Assembly: GCA_031550525.1 (NCBI GenBank)
Contig: JAVBON010000026.1
Coordinates: 16,704-80,703, forward strand
DNA from: Desulfovibrionaceae bacterium
GTDB lineage: Bacteria > Desulfobacterota > Desulfovibrionia > Desulfovibrionales > Desulfovibrionaceae
Reading direction: 5' to 3'
DNA: 64,000 nucleotides
Shown here one piece after another: positions 35,989-45,635 of the stretch (positions within the stretch are counted from its first letter, which is position 1; each line of letters opens with the position of its first letter). The notes beneath the pieces are model-generated. The model ran no database searches, had not been told where the DNA came from, and was given only the letters and a program-made list of their open reading frames with translations. The translations under genes were made by a program, and so were the position numbers.

Positions 35989-36996
35989 CTATTCGTACAG
36001 GTTAACCGCTTCCGGCCTGCTTGCGCCGCGCAACAGGCGCGAGGACCGCACTATTTTCTCGGCGTTTATGCGGTTGCCCAGCAGCAGCACTTTTATAAGG
36101 GTGGCCGCATCGGTAAACTCCAGCAAAGAAGCCACTGTGGCGTCTGATATGGCGTCGCCCTCCTCTTTGCCCACGGCCACGCTGAGCCTGCCGGTGCAGA
36201 GGCTGAGGTAGTGCTCCAAAAACCAGCCGTAATCAGCGGCCAAGGCCTCGTCAAAACCTTTGGCGCGCACGTACGGCACAAGCTCCTCACGGATAAAATA
36301 GGTGTATACGGCCCGCTCCACCGTATCGGCACGGTCCTTCTCCCACCAGTAGTAGCCGTAGCCCACCAGATCGCTGCCCACGTATTTTTTGGCATTCATC
36401 AAAAAGAGCGCGGTCAGGTACAAATCTTCCACAAAGCGCAACACCTTGCTGGAATGGGCGGTTTCGCACACCGAAAGGCACAGGTCTTTGGAATAGAGCT
36501 TGTTCCACAACACGGTGCCGTGAATGTCCGTTTTGAGGTATTTGGTAAAAATATCGCGCCCTTCAAGTATTTCCGCAAAGGGGTCGCCCATATGAAAATA
36601 GCGCTTGAAATTGCCTATATTGTCTGTGAAGGCAGCGCGAAAATGCAGCACATCCGCCCCTGCTTCGTCAAACATGGCTACATGCCGGGCCAGAGTATCG
36701 TCACCTTTAAGGGTGTCGTCGGCATCGGCAAAGGCTATTATGCGGCCGGCAGCGCCCTCAATGCCCAAAAGCCTTGCCTCTTTGGTGTACACGCGCCGGT
36801 TGTTGTACAAGGCCCGCACGTTAAGCCCCTTGGCGCGGTAAGCGTCCAGCAGGTCGCCGCAGCTTTCTTCCGAGCAGTCATCTACCACCACAACTTCCAA
36901 ATCAACGCCCCGCTGCGCCAAAATGCTGTCAAACAGCACCGGCAGGCAATGCTTGTGGTTATGGTTGGGCACTATTATGGAAATTGTCGGCTGCAT
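35989..36996 (-). CDS. Glycosyltransferase family 2
   Basis: ISIIVPNHNHKHCLPVLFDSILAQ...VVVVDDCSEE...FADADD. Confidence 0.85.
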   Translation of the reverse strand: MQPTISIIVPNHNHKHCLPVLFDSILAQRGVDLEVVVVDDCSEESCGDLLDAYRAKGLNVRALYNNRRVYTKEARLLGIEGAAGRIIAFADADDTLKGDDTLARHVAMFDEAGADVLHFRAAFTDNIGNFKRYFHMGDPFAEILEGRDIFTKYLKTDIHGTVLWNKLYSKDLCLSVCETAHSSKVLRFVEDLYLTALFLMNAKKYVGSDLVGYGYYWWEKDRADTVERAVYTYFIREELVPYVRAKGFDEALAADYGWFLEHYLSLCTGRLSVAVGKEEGDAISDATVASLLEFTDAATLIKVLLLGNRINAEKIVRSSRLLRGASRPEAVNLYE

Positions 36997-37047
36997 TTTT
37001 CCTCCTGGTTATTGCTGGCAAGTAGCGGGCATAGCCATTGCCGCGCG

Positions 37048-39315
37048 TCAGTTACCGTTATTTGCGGAATCTGGCAGCATGGCCATAATATAATCAATAT
37101 TGACCTTTTCATGCTCGGCTATGCGCGGTAGCGCTATACGCGCAAAATCGGGGCATGTAAGCGCCGCCTTTTCTACCAGCTTGAAATCATTATGTGTTTT
37201 TGCATAATTAATCAGATCTCCAAAAACACTAAAACTTTTAGGCCCTAATATGGAAAAATAACGTCCGCCAAGGCGCCTGTTAACCGTGTTATAGCAAATC
37301 AATTCATCCAGGCCCCATTTGGCCCTATGCGCGGTCATATCCACATGCGTGCCGTAAAAAAGAGAGTCTTTATGCCTCCTGTATACGCTCATCGGCTCGT
37401 TAATAAAGCCTATTTTTCCAATTTCGGCATGCAAAATATGCCAGTACCAGTCGCCTGGCGTTAAATCCGGCACAAACCAATCCGGCAAACCGTCTTTAAA
37501 ACGCCAGCGGTACATTACGGAACCTGTCTGCATCATGTTCAGCCGCAGTAAATCCGTAAGATAATAAAACTGGCGCACCCCGCGCCGCAAATAGTTTTCT
37601 GAAGGGTAGTACTCTTCGTGCTCCGGCGTATCTTCAAACAATACCTTGGCAACATGAAAGCACACGGTACAATCCTGATGCTTGTCCAAAAAATCCGCCT
37701 GTTTTTGCAGCTTATGATCGTCAATAAAATAATCATCGCCGTCAAGCAACGCTACATAAGGGCTGTTGGCCCGGTTGAACATTTCCCAAATGCCTTCGCC
37801 TTCAAACAGCCATGGGTGGTGTATGTATGTTATCGAACCGGGGTGTTGCTTCGCGTATCCTTCAACAAGGCCTCTAATGCCGTCGCTTGCACCGGCATCC
37901 ATAATAAGATGGCGCACGGGAAAATCTGTTTTTTGAGCCAGCACGCTTTCAATATTATCCGCAATAAACTTCTCATGGTTGGCGGTAAGCGTACATACTG
38001 TGACCTTGTAGTCTTCAGCCGGAGTATCTCCAACCGCCACGCGGGCAAAATTTTCTCCAGCCGCGCGTTCCATGGCCTGTTTAAGCACAGCCATATCCGG
38101 TTTAAGCATGCATGAGGGAAACCGGCGTAACATTTCCAGCAAAAGAGCCGCAAAACCGTCTGGCAAACTTTTTACCGCCCTGGCCGCATCGTCAAAGCTC
38201 AAATCGCCGTACTGAGGCAGCAGGTCGCTTGCGGATAATTGCGGGAAGTCCGCCTTGCGGCCCGTTATTATTTCCACCTGCCTTATAAACGGCATGTATT
38301 TTTTGATAATATCATGGCGGAGATTGGCGCTTAATAATGAATGACGTTGCGGCTCACGCGCAAAAACCGTCATACATTCCATAATCGCCGGGTATAGCGC
38401 CGAAAATTCCCCATACCCGCGTTGCATATGCATATCGGCATATAAAGGCGAGCCATGCATGCCAAGCATAAGCATACTATAATACAGGTTCTGGATTGCA
38501 TTAATAAAAAACAGCAGCGCTGGCGGCAGCTTAAAATCAACCGGCCCGGCAGGGGGAATATGCTCGCCGGTATCTACCCACGCAGGCATAATGGACGCGT
38601 GCTCACATATCTTTCCGGCCAAAGCGCCGCCAAAGTCCGGCTCGCCATTATCAACCAGCACCTCAAGGCCCGCCAGGCCCCGCCCTTGCAGGCTATGCAG
38701 ATAAAGCAATCCGGCAAGCGGATTCACCGGCTCGTCCTTTAGCGAGCTGCTAATTAAAAGACCCGGAGTTTCAAGAAGTTGACGGTAGGTAACTGGCGTA
38801 TGAGCCACGGCTTTTGACAACACGCCGTACTCAAGCAGAGACTCCATCTCTATATCAGGCCGGGCGCAAGCCCATAAAAAAGACTGACCCGCATTGGGGC
38901 AAACAGCGCGGGTTTGTTCGTATACATGTTTGATATAGTCGGGAAAATAACCGTAAAACGGCCAGAACAAACACACGCGGCTATCATTGCCGGTGCTTGT
39001 TTCGCGCTTGGCGGCAAGCCAGTCAAAATTCTGCTGGCTATATGCCGCCGGTACGGGCAGTATTCCGCTGAAGACCAGCTTTGTTGGGGAATCCGGGGCG
39101 ATATCAAACATGCCGTGCGCAGCAATAAGGCCGTGTGACTGAATAAAATCGCGGTTTAAAGTCAAAACCCCGTCGGCAGCAAAAATATGCCTGAAATTGC
39201 CCAATACATGTACTATTTTTCCAATTCCCATATTATACACCCCGGCCCAATATGCATGCCAATACCCAATAAAACCCGGAGCCATGCCATAACCGCGCAT
39301 ATCTTGTTTAAGCAA
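37048..39315 (-). CDS. Two-domain protein: ~430-aa N-terminal domain of unknown function plus a C-terminal GT2 glycosyltransferase
   Basis: The GT2 part is VTVCTLTANHEKFIADNIESVLAQ...LLDGDDYF. The start is uncertain: the track TTG is at 39315, an ATG is at 39300, and no clear RBS is visible. Confidence 0.7.
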   Translation of the reverse strand: MLKQDMRGYGMAPGFIGYWHAYWAGVYNMGIGKIVHVLGNFRHIFAADGVLTLNRDFIQSHGLIAAHGMFDIAPDSPTKLVFSGILPVPAAYSQQNFDWLAAKRETSTGNDSRVCLFWPFYGYFPDYIKHVYEQTRAVCPNAGQSFLWACARPDIEMESLLEYGVLSKAVAHTPVTYRQLLETPGLLISSSLKDEPVNPLAGLLYLHSLQGRGLAGLEVLVDNGEPDFGGALAGKICEHASIMPAWVDTGEHIPPAGPVDFKLPPALLFFINAIQNLYYSMLMLGMHGSPLYADMHMQRGYGEFSALYPAIMECMTVFAREPQRHSLLSANLRHDIIKKYMPFIRQVEIITGRKADFPQLSASDLLPQYGDLSFDDAARAVKSLPDGFAALLLEMLRRFPSCMLKPDMAVLKQAMERAAGENFARVAVGDTPAEDYKVTVCTLTANHEKFIADNIESVLAQKTDFPVRHLIMDAGASDGIRGLVEGYAKQHPGSITYIHHPWLFEGEGIWEMFNRANSPYVALLDGDDYFIDDHKLQKQADFLDKHQDCTVCFHVAKVLFEDTPEHEEYYPSENYLRRGVRQFYYLTDLLRLNMMQTGSVMYRWRFKDGLPDWFVPDLTPGDWYWHILHAEIGKIGFINEPMSVYRRHKDSLFYGTHVDMTAHRAKWGLDELICYNTVNRRLGGRYFSILGPKSFSVFGDLINYAKTHNDFKLVEKAALTCPDFARIALPRIAEHEKVNIDYIMAMLPDSANNGN

Positions 39316-39392
39316 AGATAAATGAGGTTAACCGCCGCAGGCATACTTTGCTCAAGTTCTCAAAAAGGCATATAAAGCAATTGCCATGTACA

Positions 39393-39408
39393 AGCAACAT
39401 ACGTGCCA
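39393..39408 (-). promoter_or_regulatory. Consensus sigma54 promoter facing the 37048-39315 / GT2 / radical SAM genes
   Basis: The reverse strand reads TGGCAC-GTATG-TTGCT, an exact match to TGGCAC-N5-TTGCW. It lies about 65-80 nt upstream of the candidate starts. Confidence 0.65.
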
Positions 39409-39583
39409 AAACAGCCTTAACCATATTACGATATACGCAATTACCCCTAATTCATGCGGCATTGTGCCTAAACACATAAACAACACCAGTTCTAAAGAAC
39501 GCGCGTATTCATCCGAATAGTCTCTTGAGCCGGTTTTTTATCAGGTAAAATTCATCAATCTTCAAATACTATCAGGTAACATT

Positions 39584-40846
39584 ATGTACGATAAAGATTT
39601 TTATGATGAAAATCACAAGTACTCCATCAATTCCGCAAAAGAGGTAATCGCATATATCGAAAAAATATTGCCCGGAATCGCCACTGTTGCCGATATAGGA
39701 TGCGGCATGGGCGCATGGCTGAATGAATGGAAAAAGCATGGCAAAAAAGTTTACGGTTTCGATAACAATGAAATGCCGGATAATGACTGGTTGCTGGAGC
39801 GCAGGGAGTTCACGAAGTATGACCTCGCTCAGCCGCTGCCCTTGCCGGATGCCAAATTCGACCTGTGCATGTCTCTGGAGGTTGCGGAACACTTGGATGC
39901 AACCCATGCCGACACATTTATAAGAAGCATATGCCAATATAGCGATCTTGTGCTGTTTAGCGCCGCTATTCCGGGGCAAACCGGAATAAACCACGTTAAT
40001 GAGCAGTGGCCGCAGTATTGGGTTAAAAAATTTATGGCCAACGGGTTTTATGCCTATGATATTCTACGGCTGCCGTTTTGGAATAACCATGGCGTGGCCT
40101 GGTGGTATTCACAGAATATGCTGATTTTTGCCCGTGAAAACAGTAAATATGCCACTATGCTGAATGAGAAACATGAAAGGAAGGAATATATTTTTCCACT
40201 TGTGCATCCAAAGTGCCTGTATATGTATAGAGAAATGTATGAAGAAGCGTTAAATACAAGCCACAATATGGAAATTCCATCAGATTTAAAAGCATATGAG
40301 CGAATACATTACGTTGAACAGACAAAAATACCTACCCACCTTACGGATAAAGAAAAATTTATACTATACGCTCTTGCCGGCTCGGCAGCATCAAACGGTA
40401 AAATAAATTTTGTCGAGCTCGGCTCATATCTTGGCGCGTCTTCCATATGCATAGCTTCAGCCCTTACGGGCAAGGCCCGGCTTTATTGCGTTGACACCTG
40501 GCAAAATGAAGGAATGCGGGAAGGCCTGCGCGATACATACAGTGAATTTATAACCAATATAGATATGTTATCGCGAACGATTACTCCCTTACGCGGTAAA
40601 AGCGCTGAAGTGGCGCGCACTTTTAACAACAATGTGGATTTCTTGTTTATTGACGCAGATCATAATTATGAAGGGATTATGGCCGATCTGAACGCATGGT
40701 GGCCAAAACTTCTACCTGGGGCAATAGTGCTCATGCACGATGTAGGCTGGGCCGAAGGCCTGAAAAAAGCGCTTGACGATTTTGTCCGCCCCCGTACACA
40801 CTCGCATGGCCGTTTGCCAAATATGTTTTGGGGAGTCGTGAAGTAA
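39584..40846 (+). CDS. Fusion of two class I SAM-dependent methyltransferase domains
   Basis: The N-terminal domain has VADIGCGMGAWL...LCMSLEVAEHL. The C-terminal domain has FVELGSYLGASS...FLFIDADHNYEG (Methyltransf_24/CmcI-like). Confidence 0.75.
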   Translation: MYDKDFYDENHKYSINSAKEVIAYIEKILPGIATVADIGCGMGAWLNEWKKHGKKVYGFDNNEMPDNDWLLERREFTKYDLAQPLPLPDAKFDLCMSLEVAEHLDATHADTFIRSICQYSDLVLFSAAIPGQTGINHVNEQWPQYWVKKFMANGFYAYDILRLPFWNNHGVAWWYSQNMLIFARENSKYATMLNEKHERKEYIFPLVHPKCLYMYREMYEEALNTSHNMEIPSDLKAYERIHYVEQTKIPTHLTDKEKFILYALAGSAASNGKINFVELGSYLGASSICIASALTGKARLYCVDTWQNEGMREGLRDTYSEFITNIDMLSRTITPLRGKSAEVARTFNNNVDFLFIDADHNYEGIMADLNAWWPKLLPGAIVLMHDVGWAEGLKKALDDFVRPRTHSHGRLPNMFWGVVK

Positions 40847-41039
40847 ACGGCGCTGAAGTTTGCCTGCAAATATGCGGAGGTGGGTTGTTAAGCCTTTAAA
40901 AGTATCCGCCTGACACTTGCATATTCATTGTGTAAAATATTCAATGCTATTGATTAGTTATGGTTACAAAAAACGATTTAAAATTACGTTAAAACAGCAA
41001 TTTTGAAATGATTGAGTTACAATTCTCAAGAGCAATTTA

Positions 41040-42275
41040 ATGCTAAATAAACAATTTTTTGTGACAATACATACAAAAATAAAAATTTTGTCCTATGTAA
41101 CCACGGAAAGAATTGCCAAATATATAACCAATCCTAAAACCGCTCTGTGGTTGTCGCAGATATTGCTGCGTCTTGGCATGAACAAGCACGCTCTTATATT
41201 GGCAAAAAATTTTTTGCGGTTGGAATGCCCGCTGCCAGCCGACGCCCCTTGCGCCCCCAAACCGCCCCTCCACAAAAGCGACCGTATTGTTGAGGTCTCG
41301 GTTATCATCCCCACTTGCAACCGGGCGGAATCACTTAACCGTCTGCTTGAATCACTAAAAAATCAAAACTGTGCCGCTGAAAATTTTGAAGTCATAGTAG
41401 TCAATAACGCTTCTTCAGATCATACCGATGAAATTTGCCGCCGCCACTCAACATCTTTTAAAAATTTTACCGTTGTAAACGAAAAAAAGCCCGGCCTGCT
41501 GGCCGCCAGGCATGCGGGCTGGGCAGCGGCATCTTCCAATATTCTCACTTTTTGCGATGATGACATTGAGCCGAACCCGTTATGGCTTTCAACCATAATC
41601 GGTACCATGCAAAGCAGCCCTAACGTAATGCTTATGGGCGGCAACAATACGCCAACCTTTGAGGTTGCCCCGCCCGCATGGATGGACGAGTTGTGGCATG
41701 AGGCGGGTGGCGTTAGGTATAACCCATGCTACAGCCTAATAACCGGCATAAAAGAAGTAATGGAGGCCCCGCTGCCAGATCTGGTGTTCGGGTGCAACTA
41801 CACGGTAAGACGGCAAGCATTGGAAGCCGCCTTGGGTTTTCAACCGGATATAATGCCCAAAACCCTATTGCGGGGCGGTGGCGAAAGCGGAATAATCGCG
41901 CCTATGCTGGCGCTTACAAACGGCAAAGTGCTGCTTCACCCGGACGCATCAGTAAAACACCACATGCCCGCCGCGAGGCTGAGCCATGATTATTTGTACA
42001 AACGTGGAATAGCTATTACCATAAGTGCATTGTACGAATACTTCCGATGCCAAAAGACGCGTTCAGGGCTAATATCCTACAACCGTCAACATCCAGTAGC
42101 GCTGCAACTGTTGTTTGCAGCGCAGCAGGCCGCCTTCAAGGCATACTTGCATGCGGTATTGTCAAATCAGGAGTTACGGGCGTGGATTAACCTGCCCTCT
42201 TACTTAGGCAATGAAAGCCCGGAAATAATGCTGCCGGATGACGCTTTCATCTTTGGAACCCAACTGAAATGGTAG
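41040..42275 (+). CDS. Glycosyltransferase family 2 with a ~90-aa N-terminal extension
   Basis: VSVIIPTCNRAESLNRLLESLKNQ...VIVVNNASSDHT...FCDDD. The start is uncertain. Confidence 0.75.
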   Translation: MLNKQFFVTIHTKIKILSYVTTERIAKYITNPKTALWLSQILLRLGMNKHALILAKNFLRLECPLPADAPCAPKPPLHKSDRIVEVSVIIPTCNRAESLNRLLESLKNQNCAAENFEVIVVNNASSDHTDEICRRHSTSFKNFTVVNEKKPGLLAARHAGWAAASSNILTFCDDDIEPNPLWLSTIIGTMQSSPNVMLMGGNNTPTFEVAPPAWMDELWHEAGGVRYNPCYSLITGIKEVMEAPLPDLVFGCNYTVRRQALEAALGFQPDIMPKTLLRGGGESGIIAPMLALTNGKVLLHPDASVKHHMPAARLSHDYLYKRGIAITISALYEYFRCQKTRSGLISYNRQHPVALQLLFAAQQAAFKAYLHAVLSNQELRAWINLPSYLGNESPEIMLPDDAFIFGTQLKW

Positions 42276-42282
42276 AACCAAT

Positions 42283-42714
42283 ATGACAGAATCGATTGAA
42301 CATAACGGGCTTGTTATTTGCCTGATCTTGCGTGGCAATGTTTCTTCACCCGGCATCCATTTTTTCACGCCGGAATCTTTCTCGCAGCAACTTGGCTACA
42401 TGAACCGTCCTGCCGGCCATGCCATACCGCCGCACACGCATAACCCCATACCGCGCGTAATAGAATGGACGCAGGAAGTGCTTTTTATAAAAAGCGGCAA
42501 GGTACGGCTGGATTTATACGCGCCTGAAAGCCGCGAATACCTTGAAAGCCATATACTCAGGCCAGGCGACGTGGTTTTGCTGGCCCACGGAGGTCACGGG
42601 CTGCATATGCTTGAAGAAAGCGAGATTATTGAGGTAAAGCAGGGTCCCTATGTCGGCAATGCCGACAAAACCCGCTTTCAGCCTGTACAAGATGCCGAAC
42701 TAAACATAAAATGA
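42283..42714 (+). CDS. Cupin-fold protein (WbuC-like)
   Basis: 143 aa. GHAIPPHTHNP...EVLFIKSGKVRLDLY...GDVVLLAHGGHG is a cupin two-motif pattern seen in polysaccharide loci. Confidence 0.55.
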   Translation: MTESIEHNGLVICLILRGNVSSPGIHFFTPESFSQQLGYMNRPAGHAIPPHTHNPIPRVIEWTQEVLFIKSGKVRLDLYAPESREYLESHILRPGDVVLLAHGGHGLHMLEESEIIEVKQGPYVGNADKTRFQPVQDAELNIK

Positions 42715-42718
42715 CGGC

Positions 42719-43633
42719 ATGAGCATACTATGCGCCACTACCCGCGCCGTTCGCAACCTTGCGGATAGAGCGCATAAATGGGTGTATCGCAACCACGAGC
42801 TGCCCTCCCTGATAAAACAATACAAACCGGGGGTGACTGCGCCGTGGTCTCCCAGCTATATCGCGGCGCGCAACCACTTTGCGCTGCAACAAATAAATTC
42901 TCCCGCGTTGTCCGGCTTATTCGCCGGTTCAGGCAACAACACGGGCTTTCTGCCGGAAGGATACGGCGTAAGTTTTGACGAGCGCTGCGTGGAATGGCCA
43001 TGGGCTTTGGCAAATATGCAAAAAGAAGAAACGCGCGTGCTGGATGCCGGTTCCGCCTTGAACCATTGGCACATTTTAAACCTGCCGGTCTGGGAACATA
43101 AAAAGCTTGATATTTACACTCTCGCTCCAGAGCCGTACTGCGCCCCGGCCGCAAATATTTCATACCTGTTCGGCGATTTGCGCTCAACACCTTACAAAAA
43201 CGGCGAATTTACGCTGATGATTTCAATTTCCACCCTTGAGCACATAGGTATGGACAATCAGGCTTACTCCGGCCGGAAGGACCATGCCGAGCATGATCAT
43301 GACGCCTTGTTTCACACCCTGAGCGAGCTTAAACGGATTATCAAACCTGGGGGCAGGTTGTTGTTCACCGTACCCTTTGGCGCATACGTGAATTGCAAAA
43401 CATTCAGACAGTTTGATGCCGCTTTGCTTGCCCGTTGCCGCGAGCATTTTGCCCCGTCGGAAGCTAGCGAAGCCTTCTTTCTATACTCGGCCTCGGGCTG
43501 GCAGGCCGTTTCTGGCGCGGAATGCGCCAACGCGTCATATGTTTTGTCGGATTACAACCCCAAAAACTTTGCAATACAACCTGATCTGGCCGCTGCGGCC
43601 CGCGCGGTCGCCTGTTGCCGGTGGCGTGTATAA
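42719..43633 (+). CDS. Class I SAM-dependent methyltransferase
   Basis: VLDAGSALNHW...ISISTLEHIG...LKRIIKPGGRLLFTVPFG. Confidence 0.65.
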   Translation: MSILCATTRAVRNLADRAHKWVYRNHELPSLIKQYKPGVTAPWSPSYIAARNHFALQQINSPALSGLFAGSGNNTGFLPEGYGVSFDERCVEWPWALANMQKEETRVLDAGSALNHWHILNLPVWEHKKLDIYTLAPEPYCAPAANISYLFGDLRSTPYKNGEFTLMISISTLEHIGMDNQAYSGRKDHAEHDHDALFHTLSELKRIIKPGGRLLFTVPFGAYVNCKTFRQFDAALLARCREHFAPSEASEAFFLYSASGWQAVSGAECANASYVLSDYNPKNFAIQPDLAAAARAVACCRWRV

Positions 43634-44760
43634 TGAAAATTTTCATCCAGGTCTGCACCCCCATGCTGGGCGGAAACGAGCTTGAGTACGTGACGGATGC
43701 CGTCTCTACCGGCTGGATATCCTCTTCCGGCAAATATGTTACCGAATTCGAAAAGGCCTTTGCCGCTTATTGCGGGGCCAAGCACGGCATTGCCGTGTGC
43801 AACGGCACAGTGGCCCTGCATCTGGCCCTTGCAGCCATGGGCATAGGGCCGGGCGACGAAGTAATCATCCCCTCCTTTACAATGGCGGCCTCGGCCTTTG
43901 CCGTGTGTTACACCGGCGCCATGCCGGTGTTTGCCGATGCGGATGCGGCCACATGGAACATCAGCCCCACTGCCATAGCCGCCAAAATAACCCCGCGCAC
44001 CAAGGCGATAATGCCCGTGCACATTTTCGGCAACCCTTGCGATATGCGGGCAGTTAACGCCATTGCCGCCGAACACGGCCTAGTGGTGCTGGAAGATGCG
44101 GCTGAAGCGCATGGGGCGGAATTTGGCGGCAAAAAAACCGGCATGCTTGGGTCCATTGCAGCCTTCAGCTTTTTCGCCAATAAAAACGTCACCACCGGCG
44201 AAGGCGGCATGGCGCTTACAAACAACGACGCGCTGGCAGAGAAATGCCGCTACTACCGCAACATGTGTTTTCCGCCAAATGCGCCGCGTACCTACCTGCA
44301 TGACGATATCGGCTTCAACTACCGCATGAGCAACCTGCACGCCGCCATAGGGCTGGCCCAGACGGAGAAAGCCGACCATTACCGCGCCTTGCGCGTAAAA
44401 AACGGCCTGTTATACCGCAGGCTTTTATCCGGCCTGCCGGGCGTTGCCTTGCAGCAAGACCAGCCTGGCGGCAAAAACGTATTCTGGATGAACGGCATTT
44501 GTATAAATCCCAAAACCTACGGGCGCACCCGCAACGAGCTTGTGGAGCATTTGCGGCAACACGGCGTGGAGACCCGCCTATTCTTCAACGGCATGCACCG
44601 CCAGCCTGCCCTGCGCAAATACGGCTGCGACTGCTCGGGGGCCTATCCAATAAGCGACCTGCTGGCCGATAACGGTTTTTATCTGCCCAGCGGCAGCGGC
44701 CTTATAGATGCGCAAATCGAATTCATCTGCTCGCTGGTACGCGATTTTCAAAGGGATTAA
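43633..44760 (+). CDS. DegT/DnrJ/EryC1/StrS family PLP sugar aminotransferase (perosamine-synthase-like N-terminus)
   Basis: I moved the start to the ATG at 43633, giving a TAATG overlap. Contains GNELEYVTDAVSTGWISSSGKYVTEFEKAFA, NGTVALHLAL and FSFFANKNVTTGEGG, which includes the PLP lysine. Confidence 0.85.
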   Translation: MKIFIQVCTPMLGGNELEYVTDAVSTGWISSSGKYVTEFEKAFAAYCGAKHGIAVCNGTVALHLALAAMGIGPGDEVIIPSFTMAASAFAVCYTGAMPVFADADAATWNISPTAIAAKITPRTKAIMPVHIFGNPCDMRAVNAIAAEHGLVVLEDAAEAHGAEFGGKKTGMLGSIAAFSFFANKNVTTGEGGMALTNNDALAEKCRYYRNMCFPPNAPRTYLHDDIGFNYRMSNLHAAIGLAQTEKADHYRALRVKNGLLYRRLLSGLPGVALQQDQPGGKNVFWMNGICINPKTYGRTRNELVEHLRQHGVETRLFFNGMHRQPALRKYGCDCSGAYPISDLLADNGFYLPSGSGLIDAQIEFICSLVRDFQRD

Positions 44761-44762
44761 CC

Positions 44763-45539
44763 GTGGCAGCATTTAAAGATTACGCCCGCTACTACAACCT
44801 GCTCTATGCCGGCAAAGACTATGGCGCGGAGGCCGCTTTCGTGCTGGCAAGGCTGCTGGGCGCCGGCTGCCGCCCCGCTTCCGTACTGGACCTGGGCTGC
44901 GGCACCGGGCGGCATGCGCTGGAGTTTGCCAGTAAAGGCATTGCGGTGGAAGGGGTAGATCTTTCTCCAACCATGCTGCAACTGGGCCGCGAGGCCATTG
45001 GCAAAACAGATCTCGGCCCGGCCTGCCCCACGCCGGTTCTGCATGAGGGCGACGTACGCTCCGTGCGCCTTGGCAAAAATTTTGACGCGGCGGTCAGCCT
45101 GTTCCACGTTATGAGCTACCAGAACACCGAGCAAGACGCCCTGGCCATGCTGAATACTGCCCGCGCCCACCTTGCGCCGGGGGGCCTCTTTTTTTTCGAT
45201 TTCTGGCACGGGCCGGGCGTGCTGCGCGCCTTGCCAGAAAAACGCGTGCGCGCCATGGGTGACGGGCATACGGCAATAAAACGCGTTGCAACACCCGTGC
45301 ACCGCCTGGCCGACAATATCGTCGAGGTGCATTACGATGTGGAAATTACAGATAAAATAAAAAACCAGGCGTCCAATATTAAGGAAGAGCATCATATGCG
45401 CTATTGGTTTCTGCCGGAACTGCGCCACCTGGCCGGACAGGCAGGTTTTACGGCTGCCGCCTGCGGCGGCTGGATGCATGAGCGCGCCCCGGGCCTTGAA
45501 GACTGGAATGCGTGGATGCTCTTCAAACTCGCGGCCTGA
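44763..45539 (+). CDS. Class I SAM-dependent methyltransferase
   Basis: GTG start. Contains YYNLLYAGKDY, VLDLGCGTGRHALEFASKG and LAPGGLFFFDFWHG. Confidence 0.8.
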   Translation: MAAFKDYARYYNLLYAGKDYGAEAAFVLARLLGAGCRPASVLDLGCGTGRHALEFASKGIAVEGVDLSPTMLQLGREAIGKTDLGPACPTPVLHEGDVRSVRLGKNFDAAVSLFHVMSYQNTEQDALAMLNTARAHLAPGGLFFFDFWHGPGVLRALPEKRVRAMGDGHTAIKRVATPVHRLADNIVEVHYDVEITDKIKNQASNIKEEHHMRYWFLPELRHLAGQAGFTAAACGGWMHERAPGLEDWNAWMLFKLAA

Positions 45540-45635
45540 TTGCAGCATGAGCCAATATAAATACTGAAGCATACATTTCTCGCGGCATGACACGTAACTG
45601 TGGAATGACTGACATACTTCACGCATAACCAACAG

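Noticed and set aside
36211-37131. 306-aa plus-strand ORF
   Set aside because: It is antisense to the GT2 gene at 35989-36996 and to the 3' end of the 37048-39315 gene. I recognise no family in it.
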